A stretch of DNA of 64,000 nucleotides from Phoronis australis (GCA_002633005.1 NMRA01000104.1:1-64000); one strand, 5' to 3'; counted from the stretch's first letter, positions 1-10,855 are shown. The notes: generated from the sequence alone by a model not told the origin. A program made the numbers and translations.

Positions 1-359
1 CAGTAGCATGCGTCTGCGTCCTTTTAACTCGCCCGTCCACTCCCAACCCACACATTTTTGGCTCCAGAGTGGTAGTATATGTCGCCGCGCTTAACAATAA
101 CACGAGACGCCATTGAAAATCCAACCACGCTGTCCCAGATGCCCCGGCAATGTTGACAATTTACGTTCCTCCGAAACATAAAGAGCAACTTCCGCTTTTC
201 GAGGTGAACGTCGTCTGCAACGCCGCAGTAATAAAGGAATTTGCCGCAGAAATTTTATATCAAATCCAATTTTTTTTACGCGGAAATATTATAAAAAAAG
301 CGGAAAGCACATTTGAAAAAAGCGGAAATCCGCGTTTCCACGGAAAATTCCAAGCCCTG
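1..359. mobile_element. right end of a hAT-like MITE (CAGGGCTTG terminus), left end outside window
   Basis: Ends in ...aaattccaagccctg; clustered (G)CGGAAA subterminal repeats at 280-350; CpG-rich relative to the intron. Confidence 0.45.
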
Positions 360-543
360 ACTAAATCAAAGTAAGTTGTTGTGACAGCTACAAACAGCGA
401 GAGTTGAAATCACCAAAACAAAGTTTAGTATCTCTTGAACCATGATGTGGTGACCAACACGTCACTAACGACTGTGAAGAAAGGCATGGATGATGAGTTG
501 CACTATCACAAGAAAGACTACTAAACAAACTTAGAACACATAC

Positions 544-745
544 ATGCATCAGGTCTGCGCTTTACTCTGGGTACAGGCTTAGAATACTTGGTTTCTGCCA
601 TTGCACTGCGGGCAGCAGCATGCTGAGCTTTCTTAATACTGGCACCCTGGGCAGCATACTCCTCGTCGCCAAGTCTCAGTTTGACAAAGAATTCTTTTTT
701 ATGGGCAGGTCCTTTTTCATCTGTCAGGGCATAAGTATGCTGGAT
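544..745 (-). CDS. stau: staufen coding exon, dsRBD1 core
   Basis: Acceptor ctccag|ATC at 745 and donor T|gtatgt at 544; encodes IQHTYALTDEKGPAHKKEFFVKLRLGDEEYAAQGASIKKAQHAAARSAMAETKYSKPVPRVKRRPDA, with the dsRBD GPxH and KKxAQ motifs. Confidence 0.95.
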
Positions 746-907
746 CTGGAGTATACAATGTGTTGAATTAGTTAAAGTAGAAAACTTACCTAAGAAATAT
801 AGCAATTAGCTGGTCACTACAGGTGATTCTTGCACCCTAAAGGTCGTGATCATAGAAAAGATTTCTCCGCTTTAATGTCTTGAATGAGCACGGATGATTC
901 GATCATA

Positions 908-1088
908 CAGTACACACTGGAAACAATTGGAAAAAAACGTTTCTCCCGTTACGACAGAGTTGGATCATTCGAGCCACTCTGATGATAAAGTCAACTTGCA
1001 CTCAGTCAACGTGACACTGATTCCCATTTGCACTATAGTCATGATTGGGAATTAAATGTCATTTCATCCAACTTTTCGGTGTGCACTG
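908..1088. mobile_element. Tc1/mariner-type MITE
   Basis: TA|cagtacacactggaaacaattgga ... tccaacttttcggtgtgcactg|TA: imperfect TIRs with a TA target duplication. Confidence 0.55.
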
Positions 1089-1510
1089 TATACCTGGCAG
1101 TGCTGGCACTCAATGCCCACTGTATCAACTTGAGCACTGAATTTTAAAAGTGTACTGAATTCGCACTATAACGTAACTTACGGTGTGTAGGCGCTAGGTT
1201 TAAATACCAAAAGGTGGTTGGCTGCACCTACGCCCCACTACAGCACTGATAACTGGGGCCCAGTGATAAATCCCTGTTGATAACAAGGTTCTTACTTTGA
1301 TACATTCAGCTTCTTTGGTTTTGCAAGCACATTATATCTACTTCACCCTTACAATGCCTAGTACTATGGATTTCACCTGTTCAAACCAGGTTATTATATA
1401 AACACCCTCCCTACCCCTGGATAACTGTAAAAAATTATACTAAATGCATACAGTAACTATCGAGCAATATCCGTAACTTTCACGAGAGAAAACTGCTGTC
1501 ATAGATTAAC

Positions 1511-1602
1511 CTTATTATAACGAGCCAGTTCATTGATGAGACACATCGGGGTTTTCTCTTTTGTGTTTGCCATGTCGGACTGGTTTGGCTCTTGACTCGA
1601 AC
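1511..1602 (-). CDS. stau: staufen coding exon, start of dsRBD1 (MANTKEKTPMCLINELARYNK)
   Basis: Acceptor ttttcag|G at 1602 and donor AAG|gttaat at 1511; internal ATG at 1573; phase-0 join to exon 745-544. Confidence 0.93.
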
Positions 1603-3285
1603 CTGAAAATAACAAACCAATAACTTTTTGGTTGTACGTGTTACAATATTGGATAGACAAACTGAATACAATAGAACCTCATGGATTGAACATAAAAACT
1701 TAAAATATGTCATTGAATTTTTTACGCAAAAAGGTATCATTTTCATTACACCATATCTTATATGTCAATTGTCATTTCGTGTTTGATTTTACTTTATTTC
1801 TGTTTTTGTTGATAAAGGAAGTTGTTACCTCCGAAAATTTCAAATTTCAGTTGATCCATTCTTGTTGTTTTATTTACCGATTTATATTTTACAGTGTAAC
1901 AAATGTTGCCATAGGGATATTTTGTAAAATTCCACTTAACTTCCACTTCTGTCCAGTTTCGTCAAATTTCATGCAGTTTAAAGACTCAATGAACAAGAAA
2001 GTCCGGAAAAAGTGGGAACATGACAAATGATTTTGTAGGCATACGACTTAGTTTGTATGCTTGGATAGAGTGAAACTTTGCCGTTTCTTGGAAAGCCAGA
2101 GCACACAGATTTGGGACATATTAGCGCAGGTGACTTTAGGATCGTTGCCATTTTACTCAGCTAAGGGGAAAAATGAAATAACAAAACCACAGAGAAAACA
2201 CAAGAATTATGAACGAAGAGGTATTGAAAATACTAAAAAACTTGGTAGGGATGGAAAAAAGTAAGCAAATTTACTTGACCCGTTGAGCTTAAGTGAAGCA
2301 AAATTCCAAAAGTGTTTGAGATTTGTGTAGAAAAAATGGCAAAGTTCATGAGAAAGTGCAAACCACTGAAAGGTAGATGGTCTAGACCAGGCAAATTTTG
2401 TGGATAAAAATGTTTGAATGAGCCAATGAAAACAAAAATGACAGCCAGAAACAATTTTGGTTTGAGAGACAATGAAATGAAGAAGCAAGCAGAACCCCCT
2501 GCTAGACTGCTTTAGAACTAGGACTGTCAAAGTGACAGTCTGCCCTGTTGAAATGGACAAGCTCAAACAGTCATTAGTTTTGTAACAAAGAACTGTAAGA
2601 ACACTAGATGCTAAAGAACAGCTTCAGTCACTACTACACTGCACGCTTTTAGCTGAAATATAGCAAAACATCCTTCCTGTGTGCCGAAATGCCCATGAAT
2701 ATTTTCAATTTCATTTTCGAAGATAGATCCAACACATGAAGCAATTGCATACAAGAAGAATCAATTTTGTGACAGGTCGCGTTACAAGATTTTACCTGCC
2801 TTTCTCATGCAGTGATTCCTAAGAAACTTTTCAATAACTTAGGCAGAACGATATGCATGTTTAAAAAAATGATTGTTTGTTGCTTGCAAAACTTGATTGA
2901 AGCATCATATTGACCATTTACCATTGGCAACAAGTCCTGCTTGAGGGGTAACAGTGGGTGGAGTCAGCACACCGGGGGAGAGTGCCTTTGGGTCAACTTG
3001 CGCACTAGCTGCCTGGCAACCCACAGCAGGTCTTGGTGAAATGCCTGTCAAATAAGTTTATACCGTTGAACATTATAGTAGACAAGTAAAACATGTTCCC
3101 CTTGACTACAAATTTTGAACTTTTGACTTTAAAATCAACTATTTTTGTTATGTATCTTCAGCTTCAGTGGCTTTGTAAACTCTCTGAAAACACCAACGGT
3201 TAAGGTTATTTGCAGTACATTAGCTGGGTAAAGAAATGAAGAAAACTCAATGATTACTAACAAAAAATAAAAACAGTGACAGTAC

Positions 3286-3331
3286 CTGGCGGCTGTACTT
3301 GACTTTCAGTAGCACTGGAAACTTGAGCCAT
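3286..3331 (-). CDS. stau: probable first coding exon of staufen (MAQVSSATESQVQPP-G)
   Basis: cttttcagcag-a-ATG GCT CAA ... CCG CCA G|gtact; the phase-1 end joins exon 1602 in the frame leading to MANTKEK. Supported by splice and phase logic only, with no homology. Confidence 0.7.
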
Positions 3332-3531
3332 TCTGCTGAAAAGGACATAGCCACGTTGTATCGATGACTTCAAGTAATGACGATATTTATAATCCTAGCT
3401 TCATAACTGCTCTAATCCCATGTACAAGAGCCAATACGACACATAACTAACGTCACATTAATACCAATGCAATATGCACAACTAATACTGCCATACTTAG
3501 TGATGCCTCAGCACAAAACCTAAGCGATACA

Positions 3532-3613
3532 GTGAGGGGTACCAGAAGTCCTCATCTATGTAACAGACTATTGTGAGGGGTACCAGAAGTCCTCATCTAT
3601 GTAACAGACTATT
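3532..3613. repeat. 41-bp exact tandem duplication
   Basis: gtgaggggtaccagaagtcctcatctatgtaacagactatt occurs twice. Confidence 0.9.
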
Positions 3614-3834
3614 GTAATAATTCCCCAGTTTGGTACAGTGAACATTAATTACTTCCCCCCCCCTCCAGGTCAGAGCTTTTATCAAATTTTAGAAATAGAC
3701 AATATTGGCAGTCCCAGATTGAAGATAAACATGGGAAATGTTGAAATTACCTACACATGACATTTTTAAAAATAATGTGGAACGGTATCAGTTATAGGTT
3801 TCAATTTTGTGGTTATACTTAGTAACGCGTCACC

Positions 3835-4067
3835 AGTCAGAAAATTGGCACTGGTTGGATATATCGGTCCCTGATTTTGAGAACCAGGCAATCACTGAAT
3901 AACGGGCCCATTATTCAGTGGAAGAAACTGGTTCTCAAAATCAGGGACCGCTTTATCCTACTACTGCCCAAAAATGTTTTGTAACACTGTTGATATAAAA
4001 CTAAGTTCCAATCTTTAAGAAATATATTGGAATGCCACAATATCTTGAGTGCCAATTTTCTGACTCA
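3835..4067. repeat. nested inverted repeats (fold-back/MITE-like) with central hairpin 3865-3950
   Basis: Outer agtcagaaaattggcact / agtgccaattttctgact; inner perfect 23-bp arms cggtccctgattttgagaaccag / ctggttctcaaaatcagggaccg. Confidence 0.75.
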
Positions 4068-4724
4068 ATGCCTTTCAAGTTTGGATGGCATTTCTTTCTT
4101 CCAAATTTTAAAAACTGTCCCAGACTAGAGATTTTTTGTAGTAACACAAGTTTATTGCGACTCTAGCATGTTTCTGACAAATGTCTTCATTATACCTCAC
4201 ACTGATTAAACCATCATATTGCTTAAGTACCTCTGAATTAATAGAGACATGCACCTAGGCTTAGGAGGCAATTGATGTCTTTTCATTCTTGAACCAGGGA
4301 CCAGGGGGTTACCTGTCATATAGCCAAGAGGGAATTGCCACTTGGCAAGTGATTAAGAGAGGTCAGAGGTTTTATAATATGGCTGTACAAATGTAACAAC
4401 AGCTCGAACAAATACTCCCACAATCAATCACTTTTAACTTAAGTTTTTCGAACAGTGCTTCTCTCAGCTGTCCTGATATGAGCAGTGTAAAAATGGCCAG
4501 TTACAGATTTGAGCACCTGAACGAAGGATTGCTTGAAAAAAAAGATTATTTATGGGAGTATTTGCTAAAAAGCATCCAGAGTATGGAGGGCCACCGTCTC
4601 TACTGAGGCCAGTTGAGACGATTGCATTGTCTAATCAGACACGCTACTCAGTTAGCCAGCAGCTTCAAAACACAAAAAATCAAGATGTTTTTCTGAAACA
4701 AACTCTACAAACCAGTTAACTTAC

Positions 4725-5184
4725 TGTCGTCCGAACAAACAATAGGGAACAAAAGTATCGTGTGACACTAGAGCAGCCTAGTTTAAAGAATGTAAGTCGT
4801 AAAATTACATTGGCAAACAGTAAAGAAATAGCAGACTAACATGTCATCATGTTGGTCTGCACCCAGAGTGAAAATATCGCTTAGCGCGAATACACGAGAA
4901 GCATCGCCATTTAACGTCTTAGAATTTTCTGATTTAATTTAATATCATATCATTTCAAAAATCATTGAAAGTAAATATCACAGTGTTTTATTATGTGTAT
5001 ATATATTTTTGTTGAAAAAAATATTTGTCCAGAGAGTTTTTGTACGTCTGCTAGATGGCGATACCAACTTCCGCAATTGCTTGCTGGATAAAATTGAGTT
5101 TCTGGTTCCCAGCTCTGGGTACTGCAAATGAATGGGTCTGACTGTAGTTTTATTTAACTTCACATTTTTTCGGGTGTAGCGAGT
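4725..5184. promoter_or_regulatory. probable bidirectional promoter between staufen (-) and CCZ1 (+)
   Basis: Head-to-head genes with local CpG enrichment. Minus-strand donor aca|gtaagt at 4724 suggests a non-coding first staufen exon. YY1-like CGCCAT (4905), CTCF-like CTGCTAGATGGCG (5048) and ETS-like ACTTCCG (5067). Motif assignments are inference. Confidence 0.55.
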
Positions 5185-5262
5185 ATGACGTCGTCACCGA
5201 ATCCAATATCTTTGGTTAATTTTTTCGTCTTCAATCCGACCTATGGACCTAAAGAAGGACAG
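5185..5262 (+). CDS. CCZ1: CCZ1 exon 1
   Basis: ATG...MTSSPNPISLVNFFVFNPTYGPKEGQ|gtaaac. Confidence 0.93.
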
Positions 5263-5796
5263 GTAAACTAACACTGTCACTGACTGTCATTCACAGTCAC
5301 TCACTGGTCGTCTGACACTGACAGACAGATAGTGACAGTGTCAGTGTCACTGACACTGTGACTGTTCTCTGGCCCTGAATCTTCGTTTGTCTGACATTAT
5401 GTTGTGTTCTGTGTTGAGTGTTGAAAAATCCATCAATACCGAGACTTAAACCCAGTATATCCGGCATGTGAGCCAAGCACTCAAACCAGTCGTACCATGT
5501 GACTTCTGGTTTTGATGTACGTCAATTCAGTAAAGCTTCTCCAAATAATTGCAATTGCTTATTAGCCAATCGGTTTCGATGCCCAATTCAAATTTTGTAT
5601 TAGTGTACTTTTCAAATTCATACCCAACTAAGCTGCGACTCCCCAAACCCTCAGATGTATGTAAGGCTTCTACGTAGCAGATGGAAATTTATGTACTGCA
5701 GAGCGTTCAAACATCAGAGGCAAGCTTTCATCCATCTGGCACACATGGCATCCAAGTGAACTCCCGGCTCAAATTCAAATACCCTAGGCCTAGCCA

Positions 5797-6322
5797 CAGG
5801 CCTTTATCCAGGATTTTGAAAATAGGGTGTCCAAAATGGGGTTCCCAATATTACAGGACGTCCATGATTCCGACGGGTAACCCCCCACCCCCATCAATAC
5901 CCCCAAACACATAGATTTTTTTTACAAAATATGCATAGATCAATGTTTTTACATCTAAGTTTATAAAACAGCCTTCTATGGTGAGCATTTTTATTAAAAA
6001 AACTGTGTAGACCAAGACTTTTACAATGCTGTCAATCAAGTGTCAAAATAGCAACAATGCATATACTTTGTATATAAATTGTATATTTCTTCCTGCTTTG
6101 AAAAAAGAGCCCCACTATGAGCCTTCAGAGGCTTCCTAGTATTCATTACAATGTGTGAGTCCAAACTTGAAAGGTTCCTATAGACAATGGGCGTCCAAAT
6201 GATACATTGGGCGTCCTTGCCAGGGAGCTCAGATTAGTGCCTCATGGCTAGGCAGGCCTTCATGCAGCGTACGTCCTGGGCGTCCAAATGGACGCCCAGG
6301 ACGTACGCTGCATGAAGGCCTG
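5797..6322. mobile_element. non-autonomous hAT element with 8-bp TSD
   Basis: cctagcca|CAGGCCTTTATCCAG ... CTGCATGAAGGCCTG|cctagcca; repeated subterminal GGGCGTCC motifs. Confidence 0.85.
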
Positions 6323-6764
6323 CCTAGCCATGAGGCACTGTTCTGCATTTGAATGCTTAAGTAAAGTATGCACTGGCATCTCTGGTGGCTCATTGTCCTG
6401 TCCAGAATAAAAGAGTTTGTTAAAAGGATATATTATGATGCAAAATGTGATAAAATGTATTGAAGACCCATGTCTCCGCAATAACATAGCACACTATAAG
6501 AGCAATCAATTTCCCACTTTTGTGACAGAAGAAAAGGTTTTTGTCAGCTCTAAAACTATATGTTGTTCACGTATCATTTGTTTGAATTTTTGCAACATCA
6601 TTCGGAAGATGGTGACAATTTCAGCGAAGCACAAATTGCTCAGAAATTCAGTTTGCTGGTGATTAAATTTTAAAAAGTAAGTACTATTGGCCAAAAATTG
6701 GCAGGATTGTTTCTGATGACAGTTGTGAATTTTTAAATTGATTTGTTTTAAGTTCTACATATTT

Positions 6765-7213
6765 CAGGGGTACCATAGAATCATACGCACGAGCATCAGA
6801 ATCCTATGCACGAGCCACCTACGAACCAATGAATCATGCATCCAAACCAATGAATCATGCATCCAAACCAATGAATCATGCATACAAACCAATGAATCAT
6901 GCATCCAAACCAATGAATCATGCATCCAAACCAATGAATCATGCATCCAAACCAATGAATCATGCATACAAACCCAAAAATCATGCATACGAACAAACAT
7001 CATATGCACAATCATCCGAATCATCCGCACGAACAACCAAACGATAAAGTGTTCGAGTTTGTGATTTGATGCTCGTGCACATGATTTTTGTTCGTTTGCA
7101 TGATTTTTAGGTTTGCATCCATGAGTCATGAGTTTGTATGCATGATTCATAGGTTTTGTAGGTGGTTCATGCGTAAAATGCGATGTTCATGCGTATGATT
7201 CTATGGCCACCTG
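6765..7213. mobile_element. MITE/fold-back element with internal 21-bp minisatellite
   Basis: TIRs caggggtaccatagaatcatacgca / tgcgtatgattctatggccacctg; (aaaccaatgaatcatgcatcc)n with about 8 copies at 6822-6990 and degenerate inverted copies at 7070-7150. No clean TSD. Confidence 0.75.
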
Positions 7214-7637
7214 ACGTTATTCTTGAGGCGCAGGTTTCAGAATGAGTCGAGTGCAGACCAGAAGCAATATTATGCTACTGTTTTAGCCTAACGAAAAGAT
7301 ACCAATTCTGGTTGTGAGCTATTCTCAACATTGTGGAAAAAGAACAGTTGATTGAAGAATCCGTGACAAGTATTCTTCTACTTCAACATCACTCAGACCG
7401 ACGTCACTGCTGTCCTCAAACTACATCCCAGATTCACAATGTCTTTGTTTAAGTCACAATTGTTGACTTGCTTGTACATTTCAATGAATGAAACCAAAAT
7501 GACTTTGTGAATCACAAATTGTATTGCTCTCTGTTCTTTTGTATTGTAGATTGCTAACACATGACCAAGTTATGTAAAATAATAAATTGTATTGGCTCAC
7601 TTGATGATTATGTCAAATTGTTTCTCGAATTTTTCAG

Positions 7638-7735
7638 GAAGAACAGAAGATACTTTACTACTTTCCAAGAGATACTGATGTAGACACAAAAATCAAGAAT
7701 GTAGGACTGTGTGAAGCTCTCATTAAGTTTGCTGA
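7638..7735 (+). CDS. CCZ1: CCZ1 exon 2
   Basis: tttcag|EEQKILYYFPRDTDVDTKIKNVGLCEALIKFA-|gtgagt. Confidence 0.95.
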
Positions 7736-7931
7736 GTGAGTTATGTTCTCTAGTTTTGTTAATTTACAATTATTTTTTTAAAATTATGTTGTTATATGAA
7801 GCCAGTGTTATTTTCCAATATTCTTTTGGTACAAAACTGTCAATTGGGTGATCAAATTAAAGTGGTTTGTAATTGTTTACGATGAGCCGTTTCTTTTTAG
7901 CAACTCACTCCATAATCTCTCTTCGTTGTAG

Positions 7932-8022
7932 GACGTTTTCTGACCAGCCGTGTCAGTCACTTCATACTCAGAAACACAGGCAATTGTTCTACAACCCGGA
8001 ACAGGATTTTTGGGTGGTTATG
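7932..8022 (+). CDS. CCZ1: CCZ1 exon 3
   Basis: ttgtag|TFSDQPCQSLHTQKHRQLFYNPEQDFWVVM|gtaagt. Confidence 0.95.
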
Positions 8023-8134
8023 GTAAGTGGATTATTAGTTGCAATGAAAAATCACTCTTTGGTGTCATTTTGTTGTCTGTGAAACTGTAATTACCTCAGT
8101 GTGCATAAAAATGTCTAACTGTTTTCATTTTCAG

Positions 8135-8257
8135 ACAGTCAGCATTCCTTGTAGTCAGAAAAATAAAGAAGGTCAGGTGTACTTTGAGTACCATGACGAG
8201 GATGTGCAAGACTGTGTGTTTGAAGCTGTTTTGAAACAAAGTTATTACATGTTTAGA
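8135..8257 (+). CDS. CCZ1: CCZ1 exon 4
   Basis: tttcag|TVSIPCSQKNKEGQVYFEYHDEDVQDCVFEAVLKQSYYMFR|gtaagt. Confidence 0.95.
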
Positions 8258-8399
8258 GTAAGTGTGTTGCTAAGCTTTTGTATGGTAGTATGACTATGAG
8301 CATTATTGTCACTACATCACACCGTGCCTCATGTTAGTAAAGCTATGGATAAATATTCTCTTTTGAAGGGCACAACTTGCCATTTTCAAGATACATTAA

Positions 8400-9119
8400 A
8401 GGCGAAGGCAACCTTTTTCCATGTCATTTTGAGCTAAAATAAAGTTGGTTGGTTATCCTAGACATATTTTCCACTTAATTACAGCTTTTCGTAATTTTAT
8501 AAATTACTCGTCCGCTACTCCGGAAGTGACGTTTTAGGTGGCAAGCGTTTCCCGCCANNNNNNNNNNNNNNNNNNNNNNNNNNNNNNNNNNNNNNNNNNN
8601 NNNNNNNNNNNNNNNNNNNNNNNNNNNNNNNNNNNNNNNNNNNNNNNNNNNNNNNNNNNNNNNNNNNNNNNNNNNNNNNNNNNNNNNNNNNNNNNNNNNN
8701 NNNNNNNNNNNNNNNNNNNNNNNNNNNNNNNNNNNNNNNNNNNNNNNNNNNNNNNNNNNNNNNNNNNNNNNNNNNNNNNNNNNNNNNNNNNNNNNNNNNN
8801 NNNNNNNNNNNNNNNNNNNNNNNTACATCCTGGTACGCAGCAACAGTGTGGCATGTTGACTGACTAGTAAATGAAAGCAAACGACGACGGAACTTAACAC
8901 AACCGAAGTAGAACAATGACTGACTCGGCAGCTCTCACAGTCAGACTATATGAAAAGAAATTGGCGCGAAATGCTTGCCTCCTAAAACGTCAGTTCCGGA
9001 GTAGCGGACGAGTAATTAATAAAATTCCGTAAAGCTGTAATTAAGTGGAAAATATGTCTAGGATAACCAACCAACCTTATTTTAGCTCAAAATGACATGG
9101 AAAAAGGTTGCCTTCGCCT
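8400..9119 (-). mobile_element. non-autonomous Kolobok-like DNA transposon with THAP-domain remnant
   Basis: TTAA|AGGCGAAGGCAACC...GGTTGCCTTCGCCT|TTAA; ~158-bp near-identical TIRs; the internal minus-strand ATG at 8854 gives MPHCCCVPGC (THAP N-terminal motif) before the N gap. Confidence 0.8.
8558..8823. other. assembly gap (N run)
   Basis: Run of n inside the long-TIR element. Confidence 0.99.
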
Positions 9120-9205
9120 TTAAGGTTTATTGTAAACCAGTACAGTTTTGCATAACATTAAAACTGATCTGGCATGTATTGCGTGACTGATCTGTTTTTA
9201 TCAGA

Positions 9206-10163
9206 TTTTTTATGCACCCACATATTTATATGTGTGGTGCATTGTGTCGTCATCCTTGTCTGTCTGACCTCCGCTGCTGGGTCTCCAAAGCCCTTCAGTT
9301 TTCTTGGTTTGTGTCTGCAATTGTTTCACCTAAACCTCTGTAGGATCTTTGTCAAAATTGACGAGTGTATTTTTATGAACGTGATAAGGAATGACAACGA
9401 CTTTTGAACGTTTCTGAATACTAGTGTGCCCCCTAGTGGTACTTTTATTTCCTATGTTTTCTTCTGTATCTTTGAAGTTTCTAAACGGCATTTCATGAAA
9501 TTTGGTAAGTAGGTCTCTGTTAAAGAGATGATAATACCTCATTTTCAGATCGATTTGACTTATTGTTTACGTCATCCTTTGGCCATTTTTATATGTTTTC
9601 AAGCTTTTTGCATCTACTTCTCTATCGACGAAACCACTGTAAGTATCATAAAAACTGGCGTGTGTTTCTTCTGGGAAATACATGCAGATGATTATTTTCA
9701 ACTGCTGTGGCATCTTCTAGTGGCAGTTTTGTTTTTTGCCTGTTGCTTGACGGATCTTGATGAAATATTCTAATATCTGACCACTGCAGAATGCTCTAGT
9801 GGCAAATTTGTTTTTCTTTGCCTTTGTCTAGATATCCATTACGTTGCTTGTTACATGTACGTGAAATTTGGCAAATAAGTTATTATCATGTTTATTACAG
9901 CACAAGCCTGTTTAAGACTGACTTGATCTACGTTATTCCCTCTATTGACCTTTTTTGTAAAATTCTTTGTTGTGTGAAGAATCATGATGAAAGGTGACAG
10001 CTTTTTTCTGTTGAAGAGAACATTGCTGACTTGCTTTGCACCCAGCAGAGGCTATTTTAAGTTTAATAGCATTGCTCCCTCTAGTGGGAATATTTAGAAT
10101 AATGATCATTCTTTGCTCCTCATACGATGCTTGGGCGCGTGCATATAAATGCTGGTGTTGTTT
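9206..10163 (+). mobile_element. HINE/Helentron-like non-autonomous element, degenerate copy
   Basis: 5' ttttt-atgcacccacata, a gtctgtctg microsatellite remnant, monomers with ctagtgg cores and 3' tgggcgcgt; same family as 17345-18583. Confidence 0.6.
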
Positions 10164-10290
10164 AATGGTTTGCTGAATTCTGTTGTGTGTGCTATTGGAA
10201 GATTTGTCATAGTTATCTTTGTTTCTTTGTTTGAAATGTGCCCTCCTGTGCTCAATACTGAATGGTTTGGTTTCTGTTTCTTCATTTCAG

Positions 10291-10374
10291 TTATTTATGG
10301 GAAGTTTCCTCTGCATTGTAAATAAAGGGAATGTAAACAGCCTGATTCAAAGACTGGACCATTTTTTCTCCAGG
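10291..10374 (+). CDS. CCZ1: CCZ1 exon 5
   Basis: tttcag|LFMGSFLCIVNKGNVNSLIQRLDHFFSR|gtaagt. Confidence 0.93.
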
Positions 10375-10679
10375 GTAAGTGTGCAAGGGATATAGCTAGA
10401 CTAGGAACAGCTCTAATTAGTTTTGAATTGTTGGCTCTGCTGGCACTTTACGACTGTTCTTTAAATATGCCAAAGTCTGACAGTAATTTTTTGTATTATT
10501 GAGTCAAGGTTAAGTCATAAGTAACTGTGATGCTGTTACCTCATTATGAATTCCTGAGTTTCAATTTTACATGTCAGATGTGAGGTGTAATTTGTTGCAC
10601 TAGTGTTTTAAAACAGAAGGTCTTTACATGAAAGTAAAAAGAGTTGAACTGAAGATTTTGCATTAATTATCTTTTCTAG

Positions 10680-10855
10680 TATTTACTTACCATAAAGTTG
10701 AACCAGTGTGATATCTTGGACATTCACTCGGGCATCAGCTTCCTACCTCTAGACAAGAATATGTATCTGAGGACACAGTGCTTGATTAATCACCTAGAAG
10801 CTGACTTTCCTGACATCAAGTACACAGCCTTCCTCTATAATGACCAGTTGGTCTG
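10680..10855 (+). CDS. CCZ1: CCZ1 exon 6
   Basis: ttctag|YLLTIKLNQCDILDIHSGISFLPLDKNMYLRTQCLINHLEADFPDIKYTAFLYNDQLVW|gtgagt. Confidence 0.95.

Larger units (their letters stand above)
544..3331 (-). other. stau: staufen double-stranded RNA-binding protein gene, 5' part (coding exons 3331-3286, 1602-1511, 745-544; continues beyond window start)
   Basis: Spliced translation MAQVSSATESQVQPPGSSQEPNQSD-MANTKEKTPMCLINELARYNK-IQHTYALTDEKGPAHKKEFFVKLRLGDEEYAAQGASIKKAQHAAA matches the first dsRBD of Staufen (cf. STAU2 MANPKEKTPMCLVNELARF...GPAH.K.F...SIKKAQ). All junctions are GT-AG and in phase. Confidence 0.93.

Noticed and set aside
6738-7150. Repetitive ORFs (TNESCIQ / MHDSLVW / MNHASKP)
   Set aside because: Translations of a 21-bp minisatellite in several frames inside an intronic MITE.
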